A stretch of 64,000 bases of DNA from an uncultured virus (IMG/VR IMGVR_UViG_3300020305_000266) (Duplodnaviria; Heunggongvirae; Uroviricota; Caudoviricetes). The translations under genes were made by a program, and so were the position numbers. Below are positions 1-9,889 of the stretch, piece by piece. The notes below the pieces were generated by a model. The model was not told the origin of the DNA, did not search any database, and was given only the letters and a program-made list of their open reading frames with translations. Every line of letters starts with the position of its first letter. Within the stretch, counting starts at the first letter, position 1. The stretch is from IMG/VR virus record IMGVR_UViG_3300020305_000266, one strand, 5' to 3'.

Positions 1-6
1 GCAAGA

Positions 7-267
7 ATGGCGACAGACCGTCTATGGATATACACAGCATTGGCAGGGTCTTTATTTGGTGCGGCATTTTTGTTTTGGTTTAAAGATACAAGAATGGCTA
101 TATGGGCAGTTTCTAAATTTGATAGTACATTAGAGCACCTAGCAAATCGCTGGGGTTGGACATGGTTACAGAATGATCCAAATGCTTGGCGTGTAAAATA
201 TCCTAAAATCACAAGTAAGATAGATGATTTAGAAGCACGTATTAAAAAATTAGAAAAGAAGAAATAA
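7..267 (+). CDS. small membrane protein with C-terminal coiled coil
   Basis: N-terminal hydrophobic helix (WIYTALAGSLFGAAFLFWF); C-terminal IDDLEARIKKLE. Confidence 0.6.
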   Translation: MATDRLWIYTALAGSLFGAAFLFWFKDTRMAIWAVSKFDSTLEHLANRWGWTWLQNDPNAWRVKYPKITSKIDDLEARIKKLEKKK

Positions 268-268
268 A

Positions 269-721
269 ATGTTTGACCAATTAGGAATGGAACTAACAGA
301 CTTATTAGCACCTTGGATTGCTATTTTGATATCCTTGTCAGCAGTATTTTGGTTTAAGGATTTTGCTGTAAATTTAATGAGCGGATTGAAGTTTAAATTT
401 AATCCTGCTTTTAACGAAGGCGATAGTATTATTCTTGACGATTGTGATGCTATAATTGTTAAAATTGGCTTAAGAGAATCTGTGTTTGGTGTGTATAGTG
501 ATAAAGGTTATGTTTGGCAATATATCTCAAACGATAGAATTAAATTACATAAGTTAGAAAAAATTATCAATAAAAATCTTCATTTAGATAGTCCCGCAGA
601 AAAGGGACGTCGCATACAATCTATGATTGATAAGGCACAAGATGAGGACATTGATCACAACAAAAACGATATAGCAAAAAATAAAAGAGAAATCGAAGAT
701 ATCAAAAGAGGGAGAAAATAA
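269..721 (+). CDS. MscS-like (mechanosensitive channel beta-domain) membrane protein
   Basis: TM helix followed by FNEGDSIILD...IVKIGLRES, resembling the MscS middle beta-domain. Confidence 0.55.
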   Translation: MFDQLGMELTDLLAPWIAILISLSAVFWFKDFAVNLMSGLKFKFNPAFNEGDSIILDDCDAIIVKIGLRESVFGVYSDKGYVWQYISNDRIKLHKLEKIINKNLHLDSPAEKGRRIQSMIDKAQDEDIDHNKNDIAKNKREIEDIKRGRK

Positions 722-1086
722 TGCCAAGAAAGAAGCCTGAAGAGCTAGAAGTAAAAAAGCCAGAAGCAGATGCTGAAGTAGTAGTTCCTGCCTCAAAAGA
801 AGGTGTAAGTAAAAAAGTAAAATTAGATCTTGAAGTAGACACTACTGTAAAAGATTTAGGACCAAATCCGTATGTAAAAATTATTCATATGGCAAGAGCT
901 GTAGATGCTTGGAGAATATTTCCAAGAGTTTTTATTACCACATACATATATCTATTATATAAGGTTGTTTTGTGGTACATGGCTTTACCAAGTCCAACTA
1001 TGGAACAATCAGGACTAGTTTCTATTGTAGTAGGTGCTGGTGCGGCTTGGTTTGGCTTATATACTGGTTCTAGAAGTAAAAAATAA
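721..1086 (+). CDS. two-TM phage membrane protein
   Basis: DAWRIFPR followed by two hydrophobic helices; TAATG coupling with the upstream gene. Confidence 0.6.
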   Translation: MPRKKPEELEVKKPEADAEVVVPASKEGVSKKVKLDLEVDTTVKDLGPNPYVKIIHMARAVDAWRIFPRVFITTYIYLLYKVVLWYMALPSPTMEQSGLVSIVVGAGAAWFGLYTGSRSKK

Positions 1087-1088
1087 AC

Positions 1089-1117
1089 TTGACAAATATA
1101 AGAGAAAGTATTATAAT
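1089..1117 (+). promoter_or_regulatory. sigma70-type promoter
   Basis: TTGACA-17 nt-TATAAT; ATG 6 nt downstream. Confidence 0.8.
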
Positions 1118-1123
1118 TAAGCT

Positions 1124-2209
1124 ATGAGATTTAGAGATATAAAAATTATAGAATCTAATAAAGGATCTAATGTAGTTAGGTATAACACAGAACTAGCTAT
1201 GCTTACTGCCTTTAGTGGCGGAACAACACCAAACGACATACCAGACGATGCTCTTGTAAATCCCAAAGAAACTAGATCAGAAATAAAAAAAGTAGCAAAG
1301 TATTTTGATCAGAAAAAATTTGATCAATGGATGTCTATCAGTAATACTTACAAAGATAAAATACTTTCTCATAGCGGGTCATTACCTCAAAAATATGATT
1401 GGGTTGGTGGAAGTAATATAGGACCTGTAGCTGATTTAGTATTTAAAGATCATCCAGCTAGTGGAATAAGCATAAAAGACGCCTCTGGAATCACCCTAGC
1501 AAACTTAACTCCTAAAGCATTAGGACTAGAACCGTTAAAGGGCAAAGACGTATTTCAAACCTACGCAGATAAAGAATTTAAAAAATTTAAAATAAGAGTC
1601 TTTAACCTTATGATGGATGAAGCAGAAAATGCTCCTGGAACAATAATACACCCAAGACCAAGTGGAAAAGAAAGAAGCTTGATGTTCGACGAAGAAAGTA
1701 AAAAGTTTGTAATTAAATATGACAAAGGTGTGCTAAATCTTGACCGAAGTGAAGTAATAAGAACTTCACCAAAAAATGCACTATGGCAAAGGGTATTTGG
1801 TGACTGGTATCAATCAAATTTTCAAAAATACAAAGATATTATGCGACCGCTTGTAAAAACAATTTCGAGAAGCTTTAAAGAAATAATGGGCAATGCTCTT
1901 GCTGATAGTGACAAACTAAAAAAACTTTTACAGTTTGAAAACAAACCTTACTATTATGCTACTCCAAAAAAGATGTACTATGTACCGTCAGCGGATGCCG
2001 CTGGTGACTTAGAACTTAAAGCAATTGACTATGACGATCCTGATGGAACAAGTCAATTATTTAAAGCGAAGATTGGAAACGTTAACAGTGATGACGGAGC
2101 AGTCATAGATATCTATATACGTTTCGCAAATGGATTATTTGCTACAAATTCAACAGCCCGAGTACAAAGTATTAAGAACCCTGAACTGATAGCTTGGGAC
2201 CTCATTTAA
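1124..2209 (+). CDS. putative PD-(D/E)XK-like nuclease with capsid-targeting-like N-terminus
   Basis: PVADLVF...GISIK motif; N-terminus MRFRDIKIIE. Confidence 0.45.
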   Translation: MRFRDIKIIESNKGSNVVRYNTELAMLTAFSGGTTPNDIPDDALVNPKETRSEIKKVAKYFDQKKFDQWMSISNTYKDKILSHSGSLPQKYDWVGGSNIGPVADLVFKDHPASGISIKDASGITLANLTPKALGLEPLKGKDVFQTYADKEFKKFKIRVFNLMMDEAENAPGTIIHPRPSGKERSLMFDEESKKFVIKYDKGVLNLDRSEVIRTSPKNALWQRVFGDWYQSNFQKYKDIMRPLVKTISRSFKEIMGNALADSDKLKKLLQFENKPYYYATPKKMYYVPSADAAGDLELKAIDYDDPDGTSQLFKAKIGNVNSDDGAVIDIYIRFANGLFATNSTARVQSIKNPELIAWDLI

Positions 2210-2222
2210 AATAAGTAACTGC

Positions 2223-3068
2223 ATGGACTATTACGATCTTCTAGGCGTACGGAAACAAGCCACCGATAAAGACTTAAAAGATGCTTTCAAAAATAAAGCA
2301 AGAGAACACCATCCTGACAAAGGTGGTGATCCAGAAAAGTTCAAACAAATTAACGAGGCTTACCAAAATCTATCTGATCCGCAAAAGCGGCAAATGTATG
2401 ATCAATTCGGTACTGTTGATCCACAACAGCAAATGCCTAGAGGTGGACAAACTTTCCATTTTACAGGAGATGGATTTGGCGGTGGTATTAATATTAATGA
2501 TATAATGAATCAATTTGGTATGGGTGGCTTTGGACAAAGACAAATGGCAAATCAGGATATCACGATCGGCTGTCGCATTACCTTAAATGAAGTATATACT
2601 GGTAAGAATGTTATTGCTAATTATAGACTTAATAATGGACAAGAACAAACTGTAGACATAAAAATTCCACCTGGAATATCTCCTGGAGACAAGATTAAAT
2701 ATTCAGGTATGGGCCAAAAAGACATAAATGGTATTCCGCCGGGAGACCTCTATGTTCAGATACAGGTCTTAGGAGACAGAGATTGGTCTATTAACGGATT
2801 AGATTTACTAGTCCAAAAGAAAGTGAGTGTTTTAGATTTAATGACTGGAACTACTTTTAATTTAGATACTCCAGAAGGCACAAGTATAAGGCTAACTATT
2901 CCAAAAGGCACACAACCCAACACCGTGTTCAATGTTACAGGCAAAGGATTACCTAATAGAAAAATAGGTACACAAGGAAATATCCATGTCAAGATTATAG
3001 GCACAGTTCCTAAAAATTTAGACGAAGAAGATGTAACGGCAATTGAGCAGATACGAAGGAAAAATTAG
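2223..3068 (+). CDS. dnaJ: DnaJ/CbpA-type co-chaperone (no zinc finger)
   Basis: J-domain DYYDLLGV...HHPDKGG, G/F-rich linker, DnaJ_C motif GDLYV. Confidence 0.92.
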   Translation: MDYYDLLGVRKQATDKDLKDAFKNKAREHHPDKGGDPEKFKQINEAYQNLSDPQKRQMYDQFGTVDPQQQMPRGGQTFHFTGDGFGGGININDIMNQFGMGGFGQRQMANQDITIGCRITLNEVYTGKNVIANYRLNNGQEQTVDIKIPPGISPGDKIKYSGMGQKDINGIPPGDLYVQIQVLGDRDWSINGLDLLVQKKVSVLDLMTGTTFNLDTPEGTSIRLTIPKGTQPNTVFNVTGKGLPNRKIGTQGNIHVKIIGTVPKNLDEEDVTAIEQIRRKN

Positions 3069-3097
3069 TTGACAAAATTGTACAAAAAATGTATAAT
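3069..3097 (+). promoter_or_regulatory. sigma70-type promoter
   Basis: TTGACA-17 nt-TATAAT upstream of clpA; AGGAG SD follows. Confidence 0.8.
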
Positions 3098-3123
3098 AAA
3101 TAAAAAATTAGGAGTGAAAACGA

Positions 3124-5385
3124 ATGGTTGAACCATCTGAAGAATTACAGGTAGTTTTTGAAAAAGCAAATAACGATGCTAAAAAGTTAAAGCATGAATA
3201 TGTAACTTTAGAGCATTTGTTCTTTGCCATGTGTTGTAGTGACAACTTCATGAAAATATTAGAAGGATATGGAGTAGAAATCGCAAAACTTAAAGACGAG
3301 CTACATGAATATCTTCAAAATAAGTTAGACGATATTAAGCTAGATATAGACAAGCCTTATAAGCCAAAGAAAACACAAACTGTTGAAAGAGTAATGAATA
3401 GAGCTTTCACACAAGTATTGTTTAGTGGTAGACAACATATAGACATTACAGATGTATTTTTATCAATGCTTAACGAGAAAAAGTCTTTTAGCACATATAT
3501 TGCTACTGCTAATGGTGTTAACAAAGATAAGTTTAACGAATATATTAACGCAGAATATGTAAGTACCATTGAAGACGAAGAACTAGCCGGTGTTGCTCAA
3601 AGAGCGTTACGAGCATTTACAACCAATCTTAATACTAAAGTTAGTCAAGGAAAAATTGATCCTGTAATAGGTAGACAAGAAGAGCTAGAAACTATTTGTT
3701 TAAGCCTGGGTAGACGTTTAAAAAATAATGTACTACTTGTAGGTGATCCTGGAGTAGGTAAGACTGCTATCGCAGAAGGATTGGCATATAGAATCGTAAA
3801 CAAAGTTGTACCTAAGTTCTTAGAAGAATATAGTGTTTATAACTTAGACATAGGTTCGATGTTAGCCGGTTCTAAATATAGAGGAGACTTTGAAGAACGT
3901 TTCAAATTAGTCATGTCGGCTATTAAGAAACAAGGTAAAACAATAGTATTCATCGACGAAGCACATATGATGAACGGTGCTGGTGCTGGTGGTGGCAATA
4001 GTTCAAATGATTTGGCTAATATGTTAAAGCCTGCTTTAGGTAAAGGTGATATCAAAGTTGTTGCGTCAACTACTTGGGACGAATATAGAAAATACTTTGA
4101 AAAGGATCGTGCTTTAATGCGTAGATTCCAACGTGTCAGTGTAGACGAACCTGATAAGAAAACATCTGAAGATATATTAAAAGGCATTAAAAAATACTAT
4201 GAAGAGTTTCATAATGTTGTTATAACTGATGAAGCAATTGATGAAGCTATTAAATTAAGTGTAAAATATATGACTGATAAGAAACTACCAGATAAAGCAA
4301 TAGATCTTATAGACCTAGCTTGTTCTAGATTTAATTTAAAAGAAGAAATTCCAGAAGAGAAAATTGTATCTCCAGAAGAAATTAAATTTGAATTAGCTAA
4401 GGTAGTTAACTTGCCTCCTGAACAAATTCAACAAAAAGAGACAAACAACCTAAATCAACTTAACAAAAATCTTAAATTAAACGTGTATGGTCAAGACAAT
4501 GCTATAGATGAAATTGTAGATAAAATTTTAGTAGCACAAGCGGGGCTTAAATCTGAAGACAAGCCTATTGGCTCTTTTGTATTCATGGGTCCTACAGGCG
4601 TAGGTAAAACTGAATTAGCAAAACAGTTAGCTAAACATTTAAGTATAAATTTAGCAAGATTTGATATGAGTGAATATCAGGAAAAACATTCTGTATCTAA
4701 ACTAATTGGTTCACCTCCAGGATATGTTGGGCATGACGAACACTCAGGACAGTTAATTAACAAGCTACAAGAACATCCGAATTGTGTGTTACTACTAGAT
4801 GAAATCGAAAAAGCACATCCTGATGTTTCACAGATTCTTTTACAACTTATGGATAACGGTAAAGTAACAGGAAGTGACGGTAAAGAAGCAGATGCTAGAA
4901 ACTGTATTTTAATTCTTACAACAAATCTTGGTGCTGAACAGGCAGAAAAAAATACTATTGGATTTAGTCAAGACATGGACTTGGATTATGGTGATGATGA
5001 ATTCAAAAGATTCTTTGCTCCAGAATTTAGAAATAGATTAGACGGTGTTGTAGTATTTGGCAAACTTGATAAACCTATTATGTTAAAAATTGTTGGTAAG
5101 TTTCTTGTAGAACTAAGAAACATGTTAACAGATAAAAACGTAAAATGTGAAATATCCGACTCTGCTTTAGATCATCTAGTAGACAATGGATTTGATAATA
5201 AAATGGGTGCTAGACCTATGCAGAGATATATCGACAAAAATATTAAACGTCCTTTAAGTAAGATGTTACTGTTCGGTGATTTAAAAGAAGGCGGAACTGT
5301 TAAGATTGATGTTGAAAAAGATCAAATAAAACTTATTTCATTAGAAAAAAAGGTGAAGCATGTTACAGAAACAGAAAACAACTAG
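3124..5385 (+). CDS. clpA: ATP-dependent Clp protease ATP-binding subunit ClpA
   Basis: Clp N-domain; Walker A motifs GDPGVGKT and GPTGVGKT; IGF loop; GARP; no ClpB coiled coil. Confidence 0.93.
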   Translation: MVEPSEELQVVFEKANNDAKKLKHEYVTLEHLFFAMCCSDNFMKILEGYGVEIAKLKDELHEYLQNKLDDIKLDIDKPYKPKKTQTVERVMNRAFTQVLFSGRQHIDITDVFLSMLNEKKSFSTYIATANGVNKDKFNEYINAEYVSTIEDEELAGVAQRALRAFTTNLNTKVSQGKIDPVIGRQEELETICLSLGRRLKNNVLLVGDPGVGKTAIAEGLAYRIVNKVVPKFLEEYSVYNLDIGSMLAGSKYRGDFEERFKLVMSAIKKQGKTIVFIDEAHMMNGAGAGGGNSSNDLANMLKPALGKGDIKVVASTTWDEYRKYFEKDRALMRRFQRVSVDEPDKKTSEDILKGIKKYYEEFHNVVITDEAIDEAIKLSVKYMTDKKLPDKAIDLIDLACSRFNLKEEIPEEKIVSPEEIKFELAKVVNLPPEQIQQKETNNLNQLNKNLKLNVYGQDNAIDEIVDKILVAQAGLKSEDKPIGSFVFMGPTGVGKTELAKQLAKHLSINLARFDMSEYQEKHSVSKLIGSPPGYVGHDEHSGQLINKLQEHPNCVLLLDEIEKAHPDVSQILLQLMDNGKVTGSDGKEADARNCILILTTNLGAEQAEKNTIGFSQDMDLDYGDDEFKRFFAPEFRNRLDGVVVFGKLDKPIMLKIVGKFLVELRNMLTDKNVKCEISDSALDHLVDNGFDNKMGARPMQRYIDKNIKRPLSKMLLFGDLKEGGTVKIDVEKDQIKLISLEKKVKHVTETENN

Positions 5386-6043
5386 TCTTTTTTACAACAA
5401 ATACCTTTACAAATTAAGACTTAGAAATCCAATTGGTGCTATTTTTAGAGGAATGAATCTAAGCTATGCTAAACAAAAGCTAGATGAAATGCAAAGACAG
5501 GCTGAATCTGAATTGCCTATAAAAAGTCCTTTTAGAGTATGGCGTGGTGAAAAAGAAAACATTTCATTAGAAACTTTTATGGATAATTGTATTATCTTTA
5601 CGGCATTGGAATCAAATAAAGAAAAAGCATCAGTAAGGTGTGAAGGACAAAAGTTAGATATCTATTCAAACGAATCCAGTTGGTTACTTAAAATAGCAGA
5701 AAAAATAGGTGCCCTTGAATTCCACGAACCTGCTACTGATTCTATTGCTGATTTTTTATCAAACAATGCCATTAATACGGTAGTAACGGATAAAGAAAAC
5801 GATTGGCCATATAAAGCCTTTTTAGCAAAACAAGTAGACCGTAGATTCTCTGACTTTTGTAAACAGAATTCTAAACATATTAAAATAGGTAGTAAAGCAC
5901 TAGAAGCCGTTGAAAAACATCAATGGACACAGGGATTTTATTTTAGATGTAAGACAGAAAAGTATTTGATGTTAGCTAAGATAGCGGCAGGAACCGGAAT
6001 TACCAAAGTCATCAAATATGTGAGCGAAGACGAATTGGCATAA
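5360..6043 (+). CDS. hypothetical protein
   Basis: 227-aa ORF overlapping the clpA end. Confidence 0.7.
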   Translation: MLQKQKTTSLFYNKYLYKLRLRNPIGAIFRGMNLSYAKQKLDEMQRQAESELPIKSPFRVWRGEKENISLETFMDNCIIFTALESNKEKASVRCEGQKLDIYSNESSWLLKIAEKIGALEFHEPATDSIADFLSNNAINTVVTDKENDWPYKAFLAKQVDRRFSDFCKQNSKHIKIGSKALEAVEKHQWTQGFYFRCKTEKYLMLAKIAAGTGITKVIKYVSEDELA

Positions 6044-6046
6044 ATA
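6041..6046 (+). promoter_or_regulatory. T4-late-like promoter core TAAATA
   Basis: ATAAATA with ATG 5 nt downstream; the motif recurs at many gene starts. Confidence 0.6.
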
Positions 6047-6051
6047 GTTGC

Positions 6052-6393
6052 ATGCCGAGTAGTAGTGAAATAATTTTATCAGCAAATACACACCCTGGAG
6101 ATAGTACGACAGAAACTATCACAGGAAGCAACTTCCGTGGTGACGGTTATTATGGTAGAGCCGATGGTTTACATACAGTACAGTATGATTATAACGGTTT
6201 AACTGGCACAATTACTATACAAGGAACGTTAGCTACAAATCCAGAATCTACAGACTGGTTCGATGTTACTTCTCTTACTGTATCAACAGAGACAGCGGTT
6301 AAGTATGCGAATTTTACTGGTAACTTTGTTTACATTAGAGCCAAAGTTATATACACAGATGGTACTATAAATAGTATTAGGATGAATCATTAA
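6052..6393 (+). CDS. small beta-rich protein, possibly a virion component
   Basis: Thr/Gly-rich beta-strand pattern; late-type promoter. Confidence 0.6.
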   Translation: MPSSSEIILSANTHPGDSTTETITGSNFRGDGYYGRADGLHTVQYDYNGLTGTITIQGTLATNPESTDWFDVTSLTVSTETAVKYANFTGNFVYIRAKVIYTDGTINSIRMNH

Positions 6394-6402
6394 GGAAGTG
6401 CT

Positions 6403-6669
6403 ATGGAAAACTTTATAAACATAGTTTTTGACACAAAGCAGGAAGTAGATGACATAGTTGTCTCTGAAGTAGCAACATCAGCATCAAATGCCTTATTAGA
6501 AGAAGAAACAGGCTATGAGCTGTACGATACAAATGATGGTAAAACAGTTCTAACAGTTGAAACACATGTTCAACTAGATGAACAAGAGTCAAACAATGTG
6601 GCAGAGAAAATAGCAAATAAATTATTTGATTTAGGATATAACAACTTTGATATTGAAGTGAGTGTTTAA
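6403..6669 (+). CDS. acidic hypothetical protein
   Basis: AAGGA SD; TATAAATA at 6366-6373. Confidence 0.65.
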   Translation: MENFINIVFDTKQEVDDIVVSEVATSASNALLEEETGYELYDTNDGKTVLTVETHVQLDEQESNNVAEKIANKLFDLGYNNFDIEVSV

Positions 6670-7727
6670 TGCGTTTCCGTCAATTCAAGTTAAATGAAAA
6701 ACGTCCTGTCACAGGTTTAGACAAAGAGCGTTTAAAAAAAATTGATAGAATTACACGACAGCTACAAGGCGATCCTGAATTAGTAGATGAAATTTTTACA
6801 CAGATTAGCACAAAAGCAAAAGATATTGAAGGCAATTTTATTAATAGATTTATTGCTATGCTTGCCCCGGAAAATACAAGACCAGAAGCCGATCAAGCAT
6901 TTTCAAATTTTTTAAGAAAATATGCTGAAGTTATTTCCGAAGTTGAAAGTACAACAGAAGAAAAATTTGCTTTTATAGGTAATTTAGGAAAGAAAAGCTA
7001 CGTAGACTCAGGCAAACTTCTAAAGCCAGGAAAGTCTAGCTGGGACGATTGGTTATCTAATGATGATTTTGCTAGAAAATTATTTGACCATGCGTTTGGC
7101 GATCCAAGACTTACTACTGACAACAAGGGTCCAGGTGAAGCGGCCCTGGCTATTCTTTCTCCAGAGATAAAATTATCATTGGGTGGAAGTGGAGACATAG
7201 AAGTAAAAAATACACCTGTGGAAGTTAAGGCGGCGGCAGGTAGCAGTACAGGAGCAGGCAGACTTACTCCTACAAAAAATACACTAGGTATGTACAATTC
7301 TAAACAAGTAGCTAAGATGCTATTTCCGAATGATCAAACAAAACAAGACGCTTTGGTCCAAGGATATCCTAACTGTTCAGCTAACATATTTGGTAAATTT
7401 GTTGATGACTTCCAACTAGAAACTGCTCAAATACAAAACTTACTAGCAAACATTTTTAAAGAAGAATCCATACAAGATATGATTAGCAAGGTTGCCGAAA
7501 AAGGCAAGAATATTACTGGTAAAGATCTTTTACAATTAAGTATATACAATTACGGAAGATCACAGAATGATGAACATTTCCTAATTCTTGTGAAATCTAC
7601 AAGATCTAGCTTATACTTCCAGATTGATAATTGGGATCAACCAGGATTACAGTTTAGTTTAAATATATTTGGCAATGATCTACGTACAGTAGGACAAACA
7701 CAAATAGGTATCCTAAAAAGAGCTTAG
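6669..7727 (+). CDS. putative PD-(D/E)XK nuclease with capsid-targeting-like N-terminus
   Basis: GPGEAAL...GDIEV...VEVK motif; N-terminus MRFRQFKLNE. Confidence 0.55.
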   Translation: MRFRQFKLNEKRPVTGLDKERLKKIDRITRQLQGDPELVDEIFTQISTKAKDIEGNFINRFIAMLAPENTRPEADQAFSNFLRKYAEVISEVESTTEEKFAFIGNLGKKSYVDSGKLLKPGKSSWDDWLSNDDFARKLFDHAFGDPRLTTDNKGPGEAALAILSPEIKLSLGGSGDIEVKNTPVEVKAAAGSSTGAGRLTPTKNTLGMYNSKQVAKMLFPNDQTKQDALVQGYPNCSANIFGKFVDDFQLETAQIQNLLANIFKEESIQDMISKVAEKGKNITGKDLLQLSIYNYGRSQNDEHFLILVKSTRSSLYFQIDNWDQPGLQFSLNIFGNDLRTVGQTQIGILKRA

Positions 7728-8075
7728 ACTAGTTTCTCTATCTAAAAATTTATAATCAATATTCAACGGAGCAAAGGGTTTTAACGAATCAAATACCACT
7801 TGTTTACTAAGATTGCTACAAGTATAAACATCTAATTGTACTAAAGCAGGAGTACATTCGTCCCAAACATGTATGACAACGTGGCTTGTTTCTATTGCTG
7901 TAATACAAGTAATGCCTCTATTACCTTCCATATCACAATACTTGGCATAAGGACCAAGCATTATCTTCATTCCAACTGATTCTATTAATTGTTTAGTCCA
8001 CTCTACTATTTGCTGTTCGTTATTAGGTGGATTGTTTACTTCTGCCCTAACTATTAGATGCTTGTGCTGTAACAT
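7713..8075 (-). CDS. speD: S-adenosylmethionine decarboxylase proenzyme
   Basis: HKHLIV...IETSHVVIHVWDE...LDVYTC, matching the short prokaryotic AdoMetDC type; AAAAGGA SD and TAAGTA upstream. Confidence 0.85.
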   Translation of the reverse strand: MLQHKHLIVRAEVNNPPNNEQQIVEWTKQLIESVGMKIMLGPYAKYCDMEGNRGITCITAIETSHVVIHVWDECTPALVQLDVYTCSNLSKQVVFDSLKPFAPLNIDYKFLDRETSLSSF

Positions 8076-8135
8076 AAGCGTGTCCTTTTTAGGTTTTACT
8101 TATCTCAATCTAACTTTTGTATTAGCATATATTGA

Positions 8136-8141
8136 TAAATA
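8136..8141 (+). promoter_or_regulatory. T4-late-like promoter core TAAATA (divergent TAAGTA on - strand at 8097-8102)
   Basis: GATAAATA in a divergent intergenic region. Confidence 0.6.
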
Positions 8142-8170
8142 CTTTATATTACAACATACAAGGTGGTATC

Positions 8171-9535
8171 ATGGGAAAAACATTTAAAGATTACTTATTA
8201 GAAGTAACAAACGAAAATGCTTTAGATCCAACTCTAGATGATCAAGGCAGATATAACCCACACTGGAATAGACCAAATCCAATGGGAGCAATAGATAGTG
8301 ATAAGAAAAAACAAAAAGCACAGGTTAAAAAGAAACCTGTAAAAAAACCCAAAGATACCGCATATGATAAAGCCTGGAAAAAAGCACAAGACTCAGCCTT
8401 TCAAGACTATATGAATAGGCCCATGCCTAGATCACCTAGTGGAAAATATGGTGAAGCAAGTGTGTCGGAAAACATTAAAGTTACAGACAAAATGCGTGGA
8501 GAAATCCAACAGTGGAATGAAAAGTTCAGCAGATATACAGGTATGAACGGAGACGATTTACCAAATGGACTTATCCAAGCAGGATTAAATTCAGGTATCT
8601 TAACTGACATGTACGAAAAAGGCGAAGTTGCTAAATTTAACAAAATGAAAGGTTATAAAGGACCAGGAGACAGTGATTGGGTAGAAGGAGATCACGGAGA
8701 GTTTCAGGATACTATGCCTATCACAGGAGGAATGCTTTCAATGATAGCTGACATCACAGGTGAAATAGGCTTTGATGAAAATGCTCAGGTCGTCGACGAT
8801 GTACTTCACGGCGATGATCCAGAATATTTCGATCCGCAAGAAGCAACAACAGAGGCTGATATGCAACGTGGTTTGGGAAGTTTAGATAAATTTAGAGAAT
8901 TATATAGAAAAGGTATTGGTTCAGATGATGATGAAGTAGTTTTACGCGAATTAATAGAAGAAATTAATGATGATGCTTTACAAGATGATTTTCCAAAACT
9001 TAAATCTTTTATAAGTGCATCAGAGTATGACGACTCCGATATAGTGGTAGCAAAAGATGTACCTGGAAATAGTGCTGATGAAAAAATTATGTCACTTATA
9101 AAAGCAATTGGTGATGATTCATGGGTAGAAGGTTTTGCTCAAAGGTTAACAAAAGATTTTAGCATGAGTGATAACGAAGAACTTGATAGAATTAAAGAAC
9201 TTGCTGGAGCAAGTATTGACGAAACCTACGACGGTAATGGCTTTGATGAAGCATATGGTGACATGTGGTATAACGAAGATGAAGACCTAGACGAAGCTGA
9301 GTATCAAGGACGTAAAGTTAAACTTGGTAAACCTATGCGAGGAGATGTCAAAAAATTTAAAGTTTATGTAAAAGACCCAAAAACAAAGAATGTTAAAAAA
9401 GTAAACTTTGGTGACCCTGATATGAAAATTAAAAAATCAAATCCAGCACGTAGAAGAAGTTTTCGTGCTAGACACAACTGTGACAATCCAGGACCTAGAA
9501 CGAAGGCACGTTATTGGTCATGTAGGAAATGGTAA
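8171..9535 (+). CDS. modular probable internal head protein with C-terminal basic Cys module
   Basis: N-terminus MGKTFKDYLLE resembles T4 internal-protein targeting peptides; LDRIKELAG; terminal AEYQGRKV...RARHNC...YWSCRKW; start placed at the ATG with AAGGTGG SD. Confidence 0.65.
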   Translation: MGKTFKDYLLEVTNENALDPTLDDQGRYNPHWNRPNPMGAIDSDKKKQKAQVKKKPVKKPKDTAYDKAWKKAQDSAFQDYMNRPMPRSPSGKYGEASVSENIKVTDKMRGEIQQWNEKFSRYTGMNGDDLPNGLIQAGLNSGILTDMYEKGEVAKFNKMKGYKGPGDSDWVEGDHGEFQDTMPITGGMLSMIADITGEIGFDENAQVVDDVLHGDDPEYFDPQEATTEADMQRGLGSLDKFRELYRKGIGSDDDEVVLRELIEEINDDALQDDFPKLKSFISASEYDDSDIVVAKDVPGNSADEKIMSLIKAIGDDSWVEGFAQRLTKDFSMSDNEELDRIKELAGASIDETYDGNGFDEAYGDMWYNEDEDLDEAEYQGRKVKLGKPMRGDVKKFKVYVKDPKTKNVKKVNFGDPDMKIKKSNPARRRSFRARHNCDNPGPRTKARYWSCRKW

Positions 9536-9889
9536 ATGAGAATAGACGAAATACATAATCCGATAGAAGATAAATTGCCATTTGATGTTGTAGATGATGT
9601 ACATTTCCATCTATTAAATGATGACATGTTTTATAGAAAATATTATCTTCCTTGTATGGAAAAAATAAGAGCGGAAAAAAATGAAAAAGTGATTCAAGGT
9701 CATATGGATCCAATGATCCATAAAGGAATCAATCATTACGTGATCAAATATAATATTAACAAAACACCTACAGATTTAATGACTCCCGAAGATGTGAAGT
9801 CATTGAAGGACAGAGTTTTAGATCACGAAAAAAATCCTCCAAGGGAGATATCAAGTGCACCTGAGACAATTATTCGAAGCTCAAATTAA
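9536..9889 (+). CDS. hypothetical protein (MRIDEI N-terminus)
   Basis: ORF abutting the upstream gene; shares the N-terminal motif. Confidence 0.65.
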   Translation: MRIDEIHNPIEDKLPFDVVDDVHFHLLNDDMFYRKYYLPCMEKIRAEKNEKVIQGHMDPMIHKGINHYVIKYNINKTPTDLMTPEDVKSLKDRVLDHEKNPPREISSAPETIIRSSN

